Shown here one piece after another: positions 23,990 to 37,518 of a stretch of DNA of 64,000 nt; the first letter of the stretch is position 1, and every line of letters starts with the position of its first letter. The translations under genes and the position numbers were made by a program. This DNA comes from Octopus bimaculoides (lineage: Eukaryota). The notes beneath the pieces were generated by a model. That model made no database searches. It saw nothing but the letters and a program-made list of their open reading frames with translations, and was not told the DNA's origin. The DNA lies in NCBI RefSeq assembly GCF_001194135.2, contig NC_068991.1:52551497-52615496 (forward strand). Reading direction: 5' to 3'.

Positions 23990-26900
23990 ATGCATATTTT
24001 TCAGTGACAGATATATTGACAAGAAAACTGAAAATGGGTGTTCTTTTAACAAAAGTCCCTTTTGATATTTGTTTAACAGGAGCTGGATGCATTCCCTTGT
24101 TGCTCCCACCATCAGAAATGCAATGAACCAATATTGGACTTCTGGAATTTTATAACCAACTAACAATGTTGTTCTCTAATTGTAATATGAAATAACAAAA
24201 GTAACTTTAGTTTCTGTACTATTAAACAATTTTAAGGTAAATCTGTCCTTATGTGTAACACCAAACTATTGTTCTTCTGTCAGCTGGAATTCAACTGAGC
24301 ATTAAAAGCCAATGAAACCACAATCCTATGGCAGTGCTACTTGTGTTGAGCTCTGTCACTCTGCAATATTTAGACTGAACTGTAGGTAAAGTACAGTGCC
24401 AATAGCAGGAGATAAATCATCACCCGCTTATTGATATTGAATTTCTGGAGAACACAGAATAAAATCTTGGTTATAAATGTAGATGGAAATTTATAAGTTA
24501 TTTTCAATATGTGCACTTGATACTGTTAGACATTTTTGTTTCCAAAACATATTTTATAATTTTGTTGTGTATTTCAGGTCACCTCTTCTACATAATTTTA
24601 TAAAAGTTGCATTAACAAAAAACCCAAAAAAACGGCCTACCGCTGACAGACTATTAGAGGTAAGCTCCATTTTCATTAAACTCAAACAAGATCATCACTC
24701 ACCATTTTATTGTATGAGAAATGAAACTTGTTTGTAACAGCTTATTGTAGCTTAAATATATATTTTTATCATTAATGTGTCTTATTTTGTTTTCCCTTTT
24801 TAGCATCCCTTTTTACACCAAAATTATTTATCCAGAAAATGTACGAAAGAACTTTTAGAAAAAGCCCGTAATCCACAACATCATTTTAGTGATCTTACTG
24901 AAGTAGATGATGAAGGATTTCTACAGAATGTGCCTCAGAGAATATCCTCAGAAAATACTAGTCGTGCTCCTAAAAACAGAAATAGTCTAGAAATTACAAG
25001 TAAGTGATTGTTTCATTTTATTTTAATTTAATTAATCATTATATCATTAATGAGATGACTATGAACTTAAGTACAAGACAAGATACTGTATTGCCAAAGC
25101 TGAACAAATGGATATTAAACTGGTAATAATAATATCATCCAGTAACTTGAATTTCTCTCTTTAATGACCATTAGTAAAGTTTCTGTAAAACCAGATCCAC
25201 TGGTGACCTACACTCCTCTGTGGATTTTTACTTTAGTGAAAGCCTATTACGTTGCCCTTAATATTGGCAAAAGTTTCAACCTGTCTGCTATGTCAAACTG
25301 CCTGTCTATGAGCTTCTCCTTTCTCTATCTCTTAGAACTGTAGTTTTCTAATAGATCACACTATTGCCATGTTATTGGAGCTCTTTCTGTTCATCTTTTT
25401 ATCAATTCCTACATGCATCATCTCCTCCTAACCCAGACAGGACATGCCAAATTTACACTGACTCCATGATTTAGTCAGCGTGTGGAAGCCATTGACCCAG
25501 GTGTGGCTGCTGTTGCATGCAGACAGCTTCGTGGAGCCGCAGATGAGAACTTGGTATTGGGCAAGGAGCAAAGCAGACAAACTACTTCAAAGAGCACCAC
25601 CACATGTTCCCCTGTCAGAGGTACTCCTCTACCCTGACATCTCATGCACACAAACACTTCTCACATCAAGAAAATATCATTGTGCTACACTCCACTTAAT
25701 CATAAGCAGTACTTACTTCTGCAGTTTAGTGTTTGAGGTGACAACCAGAGACAGAAAAGAAGTTTTGGAAAATTATAGTCTGAAGAAGTATTAGGAAAAG
25801 TGTCTGGTATAGATCTTTTGTGGAGCTAGACAGTAGGAATGACAAGAAGAGGAGAAATGTGTACATAAAATAGTAGTGGGACATACTTTCCTATCAGTTT
25901 TATAGCTTGAGTAAAGGAATGAGATGAAAGCTAATTTAATATTTATAGGACTTGGTAGCGAGCTGACAAAGCCATTAGCATGTTGGACAAAATGCTTTGC
26001 AGCATTTCATCCAGCTTTATGTTTTGAGTTCAAATTCTGCCAAGGTCAACTTTGTCTTTCAGCCTTCCTTGGTTGATGAAATAAGTACCTGTTGAATACT
26101 GGGGTCAATGTAATCAATTTATTCCCCCCCTCCCGCACCCGAAATTGCTGGCCTTGTGCCAAAATTTTAAATCAATATTTTAGAACTTGAATCTTACCAA
26201 ATATATTATGCAGTTAAGTTGGAAAGGACTTGCTTCAACAAACTTTCTGTTGTGTCTTCCAGGTAACATCGTTATTCAATTTTCCACAAGTTTACTTGTA
26301 TAAAATCCAATCAAATTCAGAGGGAAGGACAGAGTTGAGAGAGAATTTAGTGTTATAATTCCTTGCTGTAAAACAGCAGATTTATGAATTCATAAACAAT
26401 ATTTTTAACTTGATCTTTTTTTTTTTTTTTGTGTATATCTAAGTTAACATTTTATCTAATTTTTTTAAAACTCTGCTTATATATTTTCTTTACTTTCAGT
26501 TGGTCCATTATTAAGAGATTCTCAAACAGAAAGGGTAAGTAGTTCCTTATCCTTTACTTGAAAACCTGTCGAAATTCCTAGCTACATCATACATTGGAAA
26601 CTCTAGTTATAGTTTTTAGTCTTAAAAACTGCATGATTAATTAAAGATGTTCTTGTACAAGCAAGATCCACGGTGATGGAAAACAATTGACCGAAATTTT
26701 ATTTAGAACTGTTTTTTCTGAATTCAATTTCAAAATTTAATACCAAATTCTTTCATTGCATTTGTATTGCATGAAAGTTTTCTACGTTTGATAGAATCTA
26801 TTTTGATTCTTAAAAGTTTTTTAATGCCTTCGTCTAGGGGAGTTAAAGATCATCCAACACTGCTCAAAACAATACAGTCAGTGGTTAGTTTGAACATCTG

Positions 26901-29900
26901 GAAGGACATGGGCAGAGGGAGATTTCCAGAATGTTGGTCTTCTAAGGAATAACAATTTTGCTACTCTATAGAAGTGGATGTGAGAGAAAAGACCTGGGAG
27001 TTGGGTATGGAATTGGTATACAACTAAGTCATCAAGAAGTGCTTAGGCTGTTGTGATAGTATGAGAAAAGATGTAACTGAAACAACATTTGTTAGTCACA
27101 TGTAATATAATGGCAGTCTTCTAGATGGAATCTAGGATCTATGTATGTGAACAATACTGTCCCAGATGTAACAACAGTGCTCCTCTGTAGGTAGTTGTTC
27201 ATTGATCAGAACTGAAGTAGTTTTGATCCCAAAGAGGAAGGCTAGTTTTTAGGATGCAGATTCTTGTATATTCTGTCTGTAGACTCACCAGAAAAGATCA
27301 TCAGAGACTATGAGACCTAACATTGGTAGCAAGATTGAGGGTTTAGTTATGCATTGTCCAATTCTAGAAAGGTTGTGATACAAATTGCATTCCAATCGTC
27401 TCACAATTCTGCCTCGCTTTTCTTTTGTTTAATGTTATTCAGCTTGACTATATTCTTATTCTGCATGTTATTCATAAGTATGACACAACAGAACATAGTT
27501 TATTTTGTTCAATTTATTTATATATATATATTTTTAGGAAGATCAATATGATACTGCAAGACCATGGCCAGAATATGGTGATGTCAAAAAGTAAGTTTTC
27601 CTCACTATTTATTTATGAATATTTTCATTAGATACTAATGATATACTGTTTATGTTTGATTCATTTAGTTACTGCTTTTTCTAAAAAAAAAATATATAAT
27701 GTAATAGTTTTGAACTCTCATTAATATCTTAATTGCTTTTTTGACTGATTTTCAGATTTGAATTGTTTCATCTTGAGAATTAAATCTTAATAAAAATCTG
27801 TTTCGTTTTCTCTCTATGACATAACACAACCATATGTTTTACAAAAAAAAAAAAATAATAATAATGATGTTAATGATATGATAACAGATAAAATTTGTTT
27901 AAAACCAATTGAAAATGTTCAAATCTATAACTTCAGATCTCTTAAGAATTTATTCTCTTGCGAAATGTCATCAAATCATCTTTTTCAGCAGACGTCATTT
28001 GGAACAATTTACTGGCTTCTAAACCACCCTTTTTTATATATATTTATTTTACTGAATTGCAGCATTTTAATAACCTCACTCCAGATAACTTTGTTTTAGC
28101 TTTTGTTATATTGACATTACCTAATATTTGAGTTTTTTTGTATTGAAACCTTCATGTATTGTTTCACCAAATTAAATTTTAGTAAAGACTCTCTCAGTGA
28201 AAATAACTATTATGAACTTAGACTTCATAAAAGTAAGATGCTTTTGTCACTTCTGTAAGCTATCACCACTCTTTAGTTCTCTGAACTAATTATCAGGATA
28301 GATTATTTTTATTTTAATATAGAGAAATAATACAGAAATCAATTCCATAATTTATTTAAAATCCCGTTGTAAAAAAAATGAAAACTGATTCTATGCTGCT
28401 AACAGCCATGTCTTTTAGTAACTAATTCATTATTCAGTAAATAAGTCGTGGACACTTCCACTGTCATACAACTGTGGGATATGGCTCCATGTTATCTTTT
28501 TGAACTTTCCTTGGGTGATTGCATTTTCCCCATCAGACATTCTACCATTTAGTTTTGCTGTTATTATGTAGTCACCTAAAAGAAAGGTTTGATTTTCATT
28601 AAGTCTTGTTTTAAATACTATTTTTAAAAACACAAAACAAGCCCTATCCATTTAGCATATACTTGAGTTAACAGATCATAAGGTAATTATTTGAGGTGAT
28701 GATGGTACAAGGAAATGGTGTTGTTTAATTGAATATTTAATTTTCTGATAGTTAGTTTTCTCAGTGACTTTGTTTTTACAGGAGTTATACTATTACTACT
28801 ACTACAATAACTACCACTGCCATTAGTACTTACTGTGTAATTGAAAGCATCCAATATTGTTAGTTATTTTAGATGCTGTATTCAAGGCTGTTCTCATTGA
28901 CAATTGGCACTGTTATCTCTTCTGTAGTCACACTTAAAACCATTTAGCATCTTATATATAACATTTCTTTGTGAAACCTTAAAACTTGCTTGTTCTTTTA
29001 ATTAGCATGATTCTTAGTTTGGCATTGCTCATAGTTCATTAAGGCTCATCTAGTTGAGTTGTTCTTGCTTTATTATTTCTTTCTTTCAACAATTTACTTT
29101 ATTTCTTATTTCAGATATTTTATCTTCTAAAATTAGTTTCAGTTTCTAGCTCACAGCTTTTTGTCACTTAATAATTACAGACTCTTCAACAATTATCAAC
29201 ATTGCAGTAATGTGTTCATTAAAGGCTTTGTTCATAAAAGTCTGTTGTAGTAAAACAAATCATGCTAAATTTATTTGGAGTCACAAAATTTCATTGGACA
29301 TATCTCCAGTTTCTTTAGTGTTAAGTGGGAATCATGAGATTTTGTAGAGCATATTAGTTTCTTTGGCATTAAGTGGAATAGTGATAAAACTTTCTCTTGA
29401 TAGGATTCTGGTCGATTACAGTCATAATTTCCAGGCAGAAGAATTGAACTAAGCATTAGAAACTAATAAAATATTCATCAATTTCAATGATGATGCAGCT
29501 TAAAGCAGTAAACTCTAAGATATTAGTGGATTTAGCCACTAAGAACTAAATATTTTAGATGCAACACAGTGTTGCTTATCTAGTGTCTATTAACTTAGTA
29601 ATTTATGATGTTAATATTCTTAAAGTAAAGTTATTATATGTAAAATCAACTGTTATTTGAAAGAGTGAGAGTGGATAATTGTAAAGTAATTTTTTTTAGT
29701 ATTCTTGCAACATTTTCATAAGTTAGAAACCACAGTATATTTTACTATTGTTTTATTTACATCAATAGAATGCCTTCAGTTACTATTACTGTGATTGTAC
29801 CCATGGCCAAGATACTGAATTCTAAAACAATTTCATTCATTTAAATTAAGTCTTCACCACTGTAAGCATAAGAGCACTAAAAGTGAAAAGTTTCATTAGT

Positions 29901-32706
29901 TTGCAATATTAAATTCCTCAATGAATGTAGTTTGGAGAAGTATGGGTCTTTCTAAGTTGATTTCACTGAGCCCCATTGCATGTATTATTGGACCTACTAG
30001 ATTTAAGTGGTTTAAGACATTAAAATATTTCTTCATGCTCAACATAGGTATCAATTGTAATCTGTTTTACTTCAGACATGAAAATTATGTATCTTTTCAT
30101 AACTTTTTTTTTTTTGAAGAATGAGTTATTTTTATTTATTTATAATTTTTTTTTTTATCAATGTCAAAATACAGGCACATCTCAAGGAAACAAAACGCAT
30201 TCAAATAGTGGATTGTTATTTAAGACAAATACTCAGCTGAAATATTATTAACTACACATGATAAAGATAGGAATCTTCTACAATTTGTCATAGAACCCAA
30301 CCTTCACCTTCAAAGCTAAAATTGCATTATAATGTTTCTTCAGAGCTACAAAGTACCTCAAGCTTATCTTTTTGTGAAGCACAAATGTGTCTCACACTTA
30401 CTATATTACCCACACTTTTGGGTTGGCATGTGTTCATGTGTTCATATGTAAACACATAAACACACCTCTGAAGAAACATTATAAAGCAGTGTCATATCTT
30501 GCTTATATTACCTGTGACTTGAATAAATCCTGAACTTGCTTACCCTTCCTCTATCTAAGCCAGTCAATTCATGTTCTTTTTATCATACATCAACTCCATT
30601 AGTACTCCATTTTCTCGAAAAACTTTTTTCAAACATTCTTCTTACCTTGAATTTATATTTCCTTTGAACACCTATGTTACCGCTACATTATCACCTTCTA
30701 GCATGGAACTATTCAAATAAGATAACATTTACTCTAATTTTTTTTTCTTAGTTATTTGATCCCTCAGTCTGTGAGTGATAGAAAAGGTATTGGGCACAGT
30801 TCCTTCCTCTTCCAAAATTAAAAAGAGAAGTATTGGTAACCTTCTGTTTCTGTCATAGAAGAGTTTGGACTTCATTTTCTGAAATGCAATTACAAATAGA
30901 ACATGTTAGGAACTAAAACATTTGAGACATGATAAAGTAAATCTGTACACCTCATCTTTGTTATGTCAGTACTATTTGTCTGGTAATGCTCCTTGACATT
31001 TTGACAAAATAATTAAAAGTATCTCAGATGGTGAAAAAAATTTTTATCATATAGGAAAACAATAACTTTTTAGACATGTTACAGATTCAGTTTAGCTTAT
31101 GAACAGCTTTTCATGAAATTTTCACATTTGCTGACATGTTAGCCTAATAGATAACTATGTGAGCGTGTATGTGTTGATGTCAGAGAGTAGCTGTAATCTT
31201 TCAATTAGCGAAATGTCTAACACAAACTTGATTTTCAATTAAGCTAATTACTGCTCCTCTTTGATAACTGAGCATAGGGATTTCTTTACTAGACTGACTT
31301 GCACTAGGTATAGGCCAAGCCTTTTTATTTAATTAATTTTTACATTTTAGTCTGAGAACGTAAGTAGATATCCATAACCTTTGCAGGCTTTCCCATGCTA
31401 GTGAGGTTGATGTTGATTTCCAGCTTGAAATTCTGCAGATTGATATCTATAGGGAAAACATGAGAAAACATGTTAGAGAGCTTTGAAGGATTGCAGTCCT
31501 GAGGTAGAAGGAGTGAGAAAGTGTTCTATCCAGAATTTTGGAGGTGAGACACAGTAAGCATGATGGAAGTACACAGCTTGCTCATTCAGAATGAGATAAA
31601 CTGCTTAAGTAATGCTAGTTGAGACAGATATACTATGTAAATATGTTAGTGAGTAAAGGTTTACTTATAATTTGTATGGTCTTATATTTTTGATGTGGTC
31701 CACCACATTTGGCAGCTGCTCCTCCCAGATATGTGGGTAGTGCTCAAGTGTGGGGCACACAGGTGCATTGTTATAGGACCAGCGGTTAGTGAAGTGATTT
31801 CTGGTCATTATGAGCTGTTGGAATCTCCTCGATTAGCTTTGGGAGTTCCTCAGTTTCATGTTTCTGTGTCTTTGCCAATGACATTAAAAGGGCTTGGAAG
31901 TTTTCAAAATTTATCCTTAATATGTTAATGGCCAGAAAAACCTAGTTTATGTTGTGGGTAAAAAAATAACCTTAAATTTTCACATTGGTTTTGTATTCAC
32001 CACTTGGATTATTTTGACTCCTTATGAGAAACCTGGTATGCATGTGCCATCAAGACAATAAAGGTCTCCATAGTGAAAGGGTCTTCTTTGAGCTGGTACT
32101 TGTCTTAGTTTAGTGCCATTGAACAAATGAGCTAAATCTTTCCTGAGATAAAATGCTTGTGTATTTGAGGAGCAAGAGATAATCTGGTTTTAAATCTTAG
32201 CAATGCCTACACTACCCAATAATACAAACATACTACAAGTTTCAGTGTGGAATCTCTTGATTTATAGTCCTCTTATTATCCACTCTACCACCAAGTAATC
32301 TTAATGAACCAACATAAATGGTTTTGATACAATATTGAAATATAAGTAGCTTTCATCTAGTGTACAGCATGAGATGGAACTAAGAGTGTTCTGAGGCATT
32401 TTTAACAGCAACAAATAATTTAGGCTGGTCTGAAGTTAGAACTAGTTCAGTGCTTCGTTAAAACTCATGACAAACTGTCAGTGATCACATAAATTATGTA
32501 ATATACCTGTTGACATTTGCACAAGTAGTAGAAACCAAGTAAATTCTCTCCTTATTTTGGCTAAGCAGGTTAGATTCTTTTTAATTATTTTGTACAAAGT
32601 AAAAAGAGAGTAGTTATAACCGTGGCAAGCTTTTTCAGACTGGTGTTTCTGATGCAATTTGTTGGTGACTACAGTTTGTTGAAGGTCACAGTGTATAATA
32701 ATGCTT

Positions 32707-32750
<44 letters not shown>

Positions 32751-33392
32751 TGGGCTATAATTACAGAGTACACCATACAGCATATAAATAAAAAGATTTA
32801 CTATATCTGTATATTTTAAAACTTGACCAACAAAGTAAGCAAGGTTTTAAATAAATATTCAAAGCATAAAATAACTTTTCAGCTAAAAGCACCACTGTCA
32901 AAGAGAACACTCAAGTCAAGATCATCAATTATTATTTGTATTGTAATTGTAATAGTAATAGTATATCTTACTTTAAGTTTGCTTATGTCAAAGCTTTCAA
33001 ATCTAAATCCTTAACTAAAGAATGCCTGGTCATAGACATTTCTGTTCTAAACAAGCATTGATTTCTGGTTTTGTGAGTAGTTTCCAGTCAGATATTTAGA
33101 ACAACTGAAAATTGATATGGTAATACTTTGAATGTTAATATTGTTACAGTTGTTGTTAAAACGGTAAACAGGCAGAATCATGAACATCCCAGAAAAAATG
33201 CTCAGCAGCATTTCTTCTGATTCTTCATGTTCTGAATTCAAATACTGCTGAGGTTGACTTTGCCTTTCATCCTTTTTGGGGGTTTATAAAATAATTACCA
33301 GTTGGGCACTGGGGTCAACATAATCAACTTACCTCTCCTCTCAAAATTCTGGCCTTGTGCCAAGAATTAGAAATAACTATTGCTGTTGTTGC

Positions 33393-33437
<45 letters not shown>

Positions 33438-33651
33438 GGCAGCAAGCTGGCAGAATTGTTAGCACTCTGGGCAAAATACTTTGTGGCATTTCATCCGTCC
33501 TTATGCTCTGAATTCAAATTCCGCCAAAGTTGACTTTGCCTTTCATTCTTTCAGGGTCAATAAAACAAGTACCAGTTGAGTATTGGGGGTCAATGTAATC
33601 GACCAACACCCTCCCCTAGAATTGCAGGCCTTATGCTTTTAGTGGAAAGGA

Positions 33652-33682
<31 letters not shown>

Positions 33683-36600
33683 TATTATTGAGGCGGTGAT
33701 CTGGCAGAATTGTTAGCATGCCAGGCAAAATGCTTAGCGGTATTTCATCTGTCTTCACGTTCTGAGTTCAAATGTCGCCAGGGTCGACTTTACCTTTCAT
33801 CCTTTCAGGGTCGATAAATTAAGTACCAGTGAAATTCTGGAGTCGATATAATTGACTAGTCCCCTCCCCCAAAACTTCAGGCCTTGTGCCTATAATAGAA
33901 AGGATTATTATTATTATTCTGCATTTAGTTCTGAGCTTTAATGTTAAATGTCTTGTGGAAGAGTTTGTAAAAGAAGTTCACAGTAGTCTTTGCTAGTGTT
34001 TAAACTGAGAATGGTGAATAAAGAAAATTTGTTGAAATATATAGAAAGTTTTTTTTTTTTTTTATGGCTGTATTTTGAACAACAATAAAAGAGTGGGTTG
34101 TTATAATTTTTATGTGGAAATAGTAAATCTTTTCGAAAGCTGTTCCATGTTATTGTCACTATTTCTGCGATGGCAGTTTTGTTCTCAGTAACTAGCCTGC
34201 CTTATATTGCCAATAACTAGTCTACCTTATGTTCTCTCCTAGGACATTACTAGAGTCTGTAAACGAGGAACTGATGCACAGGTAGGACTGGAAGATTTAT
34301 ATTTTTCATTCAAACAATAATTCTTCAAGCTTTTATATAAAGAACATTGTCTTTCATATCTTTTTTCTTCAAGTTTTATTTTTTAGTTCTTGTCTGTTAC
34401 CAAACAAACTTTTTTTTTAAGTTTTCTGTCCTAATTGAATAGTGTTTTCTTTATATTTCTAGCTTTATTTTTTTTTTAAGATATTTTAATTCTTTATTGA
34501 TATCTTCCATTTAAAAAAAAACAATTAAAAGAAAATATTTGTATTTTTGGGGTTTAATCAATAATTTTTAAACTTGTAAAAAATTGGGAAAACTGCTATC
34601 AAATGTATTATTAAGATATTTAGTTTTGATATTAAGATACTTAGTGTTAATATTATCTACAAATAATTTTATTCAAAACTTTCAACTATTTTTATAAAAT
34701 ATATTCTATATTTTTTTATTTTTGGAATATTGCATTACAAACACCAACATTCCTTAAACTTAAAATTATAGAACTTTTACCTTAAAAATAGTTCTTGGTA
34801 TATTTATCTCTATATCTTGCTATCTAAGCATTTATTTGACCATTTCATTAAAATAACTGGTCTTTTAAAGTCATGAATATTAAAATATTTTCCTGATAAG
34901 ACACTAAATAATAGTATCATTCCAGATCTTTATGATTTAATGCTGTATTAAGGCTTTCCTGATATCTTTCCTCTAGTCAACATTATTTTATCATCCACAA
35001 ATTAATACTTGTAGATAATAATAATTGATACTTGTAGATACAGTTAAAAAAAACAAAACAAAAAAGGCCCTTTGAAAACATTTTATGACCAAATACTTGC
35101 TTTCAAATATTTTCTTAAGTGCAGAGATAAAATTTGTTGACATTAATGCTGAATACTTCTTAAAAGTAAATCGATATATGATAGAGCTAACAATGTATTT
35201 GCCAAACAGTCTACTCTAGATGCTATCAGTAGCCTAGATGTAAGAAAAGTGAGGAGGAATTGCTCCTACTGTTTAGGTAAATTTGTCATTTCAGTTATTT
35301 ACAGTTGTAACTTATTATTTTAATCTAGATTCAGTCTAAAGATATGATGGCCAATTTAGTATAAAATGGTGGTGGGGTGTGGAATTTATCTGTGTTAGTT
35401 ACTGATTCACTATTTAAATTTTATTGACATATTTTCAAGTTTAATTATATATTTTTCTGACAGTAGTTTGTCCTTCAACAAGAATGTTTTTATATCAGGT
35501 AAGTTTATTGGTGACAAATTGCAGTCTTAGCTGTAGACTTCTTAACAAAATATGTCAAGAATTACTGTATCGCTTCAGATATTAGGTAATCTCTAACTTT
35601 TGTGGAGAAAATGTTTTTATGGTGTAGGTCAATATTTAGTATTTATCTTGACATGTATTAACCTACATAGGGGTTTATTCTAGTACCTTTTTTGGTCGTC
35701 TATTTTGGACAACAGATGACATCAAATTATTTGAAGAAGTTGCTGAGCTCTCATCCAAAATGATAATGTCCATCGACACTTAATAACTGTCTTAGAATCT
35801 GCTTTCTTTGGTTGTGGTGTTTATTTTTTACTCTAGCAGTTTATCTTCTCATCCTCTGAAACTGCAATTAAGATATCAGTGAAGTCTTTTGCTATCATTA
35901 TGTTAATAATTAAAAAGATTAATGCTAAAATAATTCTATAATTTTCCTGTCTTGAATGATGGGAATGATTTAAACATCACAGCCTTTTTAAAAAATTCTT
36001 TCTATTAACCACTTTATATCACTATTATACTATGAATCTGTTACTTCTTACACTTCTACTATTTTTAAAAAATTTTCCAAATAAATATATACATTAGTTC
36101 TTTCAACTTCTTCATGATGCATCATGGCCCTCATCAAGTTCTTGTATAACATTTCAGTTTTCCAAGACAACTCTTTCAAAAGTTCTATTGTTCTCCCTAT
36201 ATTTCTAACTATTGACTAGAGCAAAAATTATATCTCCTTTCTATTTGAACTCCTCTTTTCCTCTTGTAGTTTAGACTAAAATAACCATTATCCAGTAATA
36301 CTTACTAGTTTCACTGATGTATTTTATTAGAATCACTGGATGTTTGTTGTCTTTGCTGGTCTGTTAGTCTCATTAACAACCTGACATTAGTTTACTGACC
36401 TCAGTTTACCAACTTGTATAATGATAAACTAACAGTACCCATATATACATACCATGACCATACCCTGGTGGCTCATTGAAAGAAGTATCCAGCCATGTGA
36501 CAGCCAAAAGTACATGCGTTTTTTAGCCATGTTGGAGGAATTTGCAAATTTTACTAAATTAGTACAATGTAGTTAATAGAGTTTTTGTATTTGGTTTGCA

Positions 36601-37465
36601 AGATTCTTGATATGAATTCATGCATTGAAACAAATCTGAATAGAATAAGACTTGAATCTTTGAATTGTTATTTAAATCCAGTACCAAATTGCTTAATTCT
36701 TATGTAAGAATCTTGGGCATATTCTATTTTCTAGCATTGTTGTTTGTGTTCATTATTGCATTAATATGCAATAAGGTTGCATGTCTAAACTCTACCACAT
36801 ACCTCTGACTTCCAAGACACAACCATGACACTCAAATATCTATTTCCCCATCAATGTTATTAGGACTACTTTGCTCATTTCTTCTAGTCTCCAGGAGAAG
36901 AAATATATTTTAAAGGAAGAAAGATTTCATCAAAATTTTTTAATCAATCCTCAAGTTAGTTGTTGCTTTCTGACCTCAAATTGGCTCTCACTCAGTAGAC
37001 TTGACATCAAAACCATTCCCGCTGTCATTGTCCCAACCATTTTTTCTTAAGCATACTATACCTCAGATACGCTATCCAGTGTGTCCATCCATGTATTTAA
37101 GACATTTGAGTTGAGGGAGATTTTGTTGCTATTTCTAGTAAGTCGAGCTACCAAATAGACTTTCCATTTTTGAGTCTACTTCATAGGCCAGTTAGAACAA
37201 GATGTAAGGTACATTTCAAGACACTTGTTTTATGCATTTGTTTCCTAAATTTCCATGACATTTTTCCAAACATCTTGTTAAATTTTTAGCGTTTTTCTCC
37301 ATTCACTTTTTGCCTGTTCCTCTTGGTTTGCTCTCTTCTTATCACTCTCTCTTCTTTCCCTCTTACAACCTGCCTTCTGAGCTATCTTGTTCTGGTAACA
37401 TCACTAAATCCCTCACTTGGTTTCAATTTCTCTTCATTCTTTTTAACTGCTTTATTCCACTCATT

Positions 37466-37518
<53 letters not shown>

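Noticed and set aside
28430-28651. 73-aa minus-strand ORF with normal-looking composition
   Set aside because: No recognisable motif, splice context or neighbouring exons; length expected by chance.
28782-28836. Strong acceptor (tttgtttttacag) followed by a Thr-rich frame
   Set aside because: Content is an (ACT)n repeat, the donor is weak, and the resulting phase breaks the gene.
28198-30088. Possible extra exons 28198-28232 ([11 protein letters not shown]) and 30076-30088, which together would keep frame
   Set aside because: One has a mediocre acceptor, the other a weak donor (TAT|GTATCT), and the gene is already in frame without them. This shows how easily chance AG/GT pairs compensate.
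35700-36900. Hints of a CR1-like endonuclease/RT (VTWLD, DDIKLF)
   Set aside because: Motifs are on different strands and too fragmentary to support a call.
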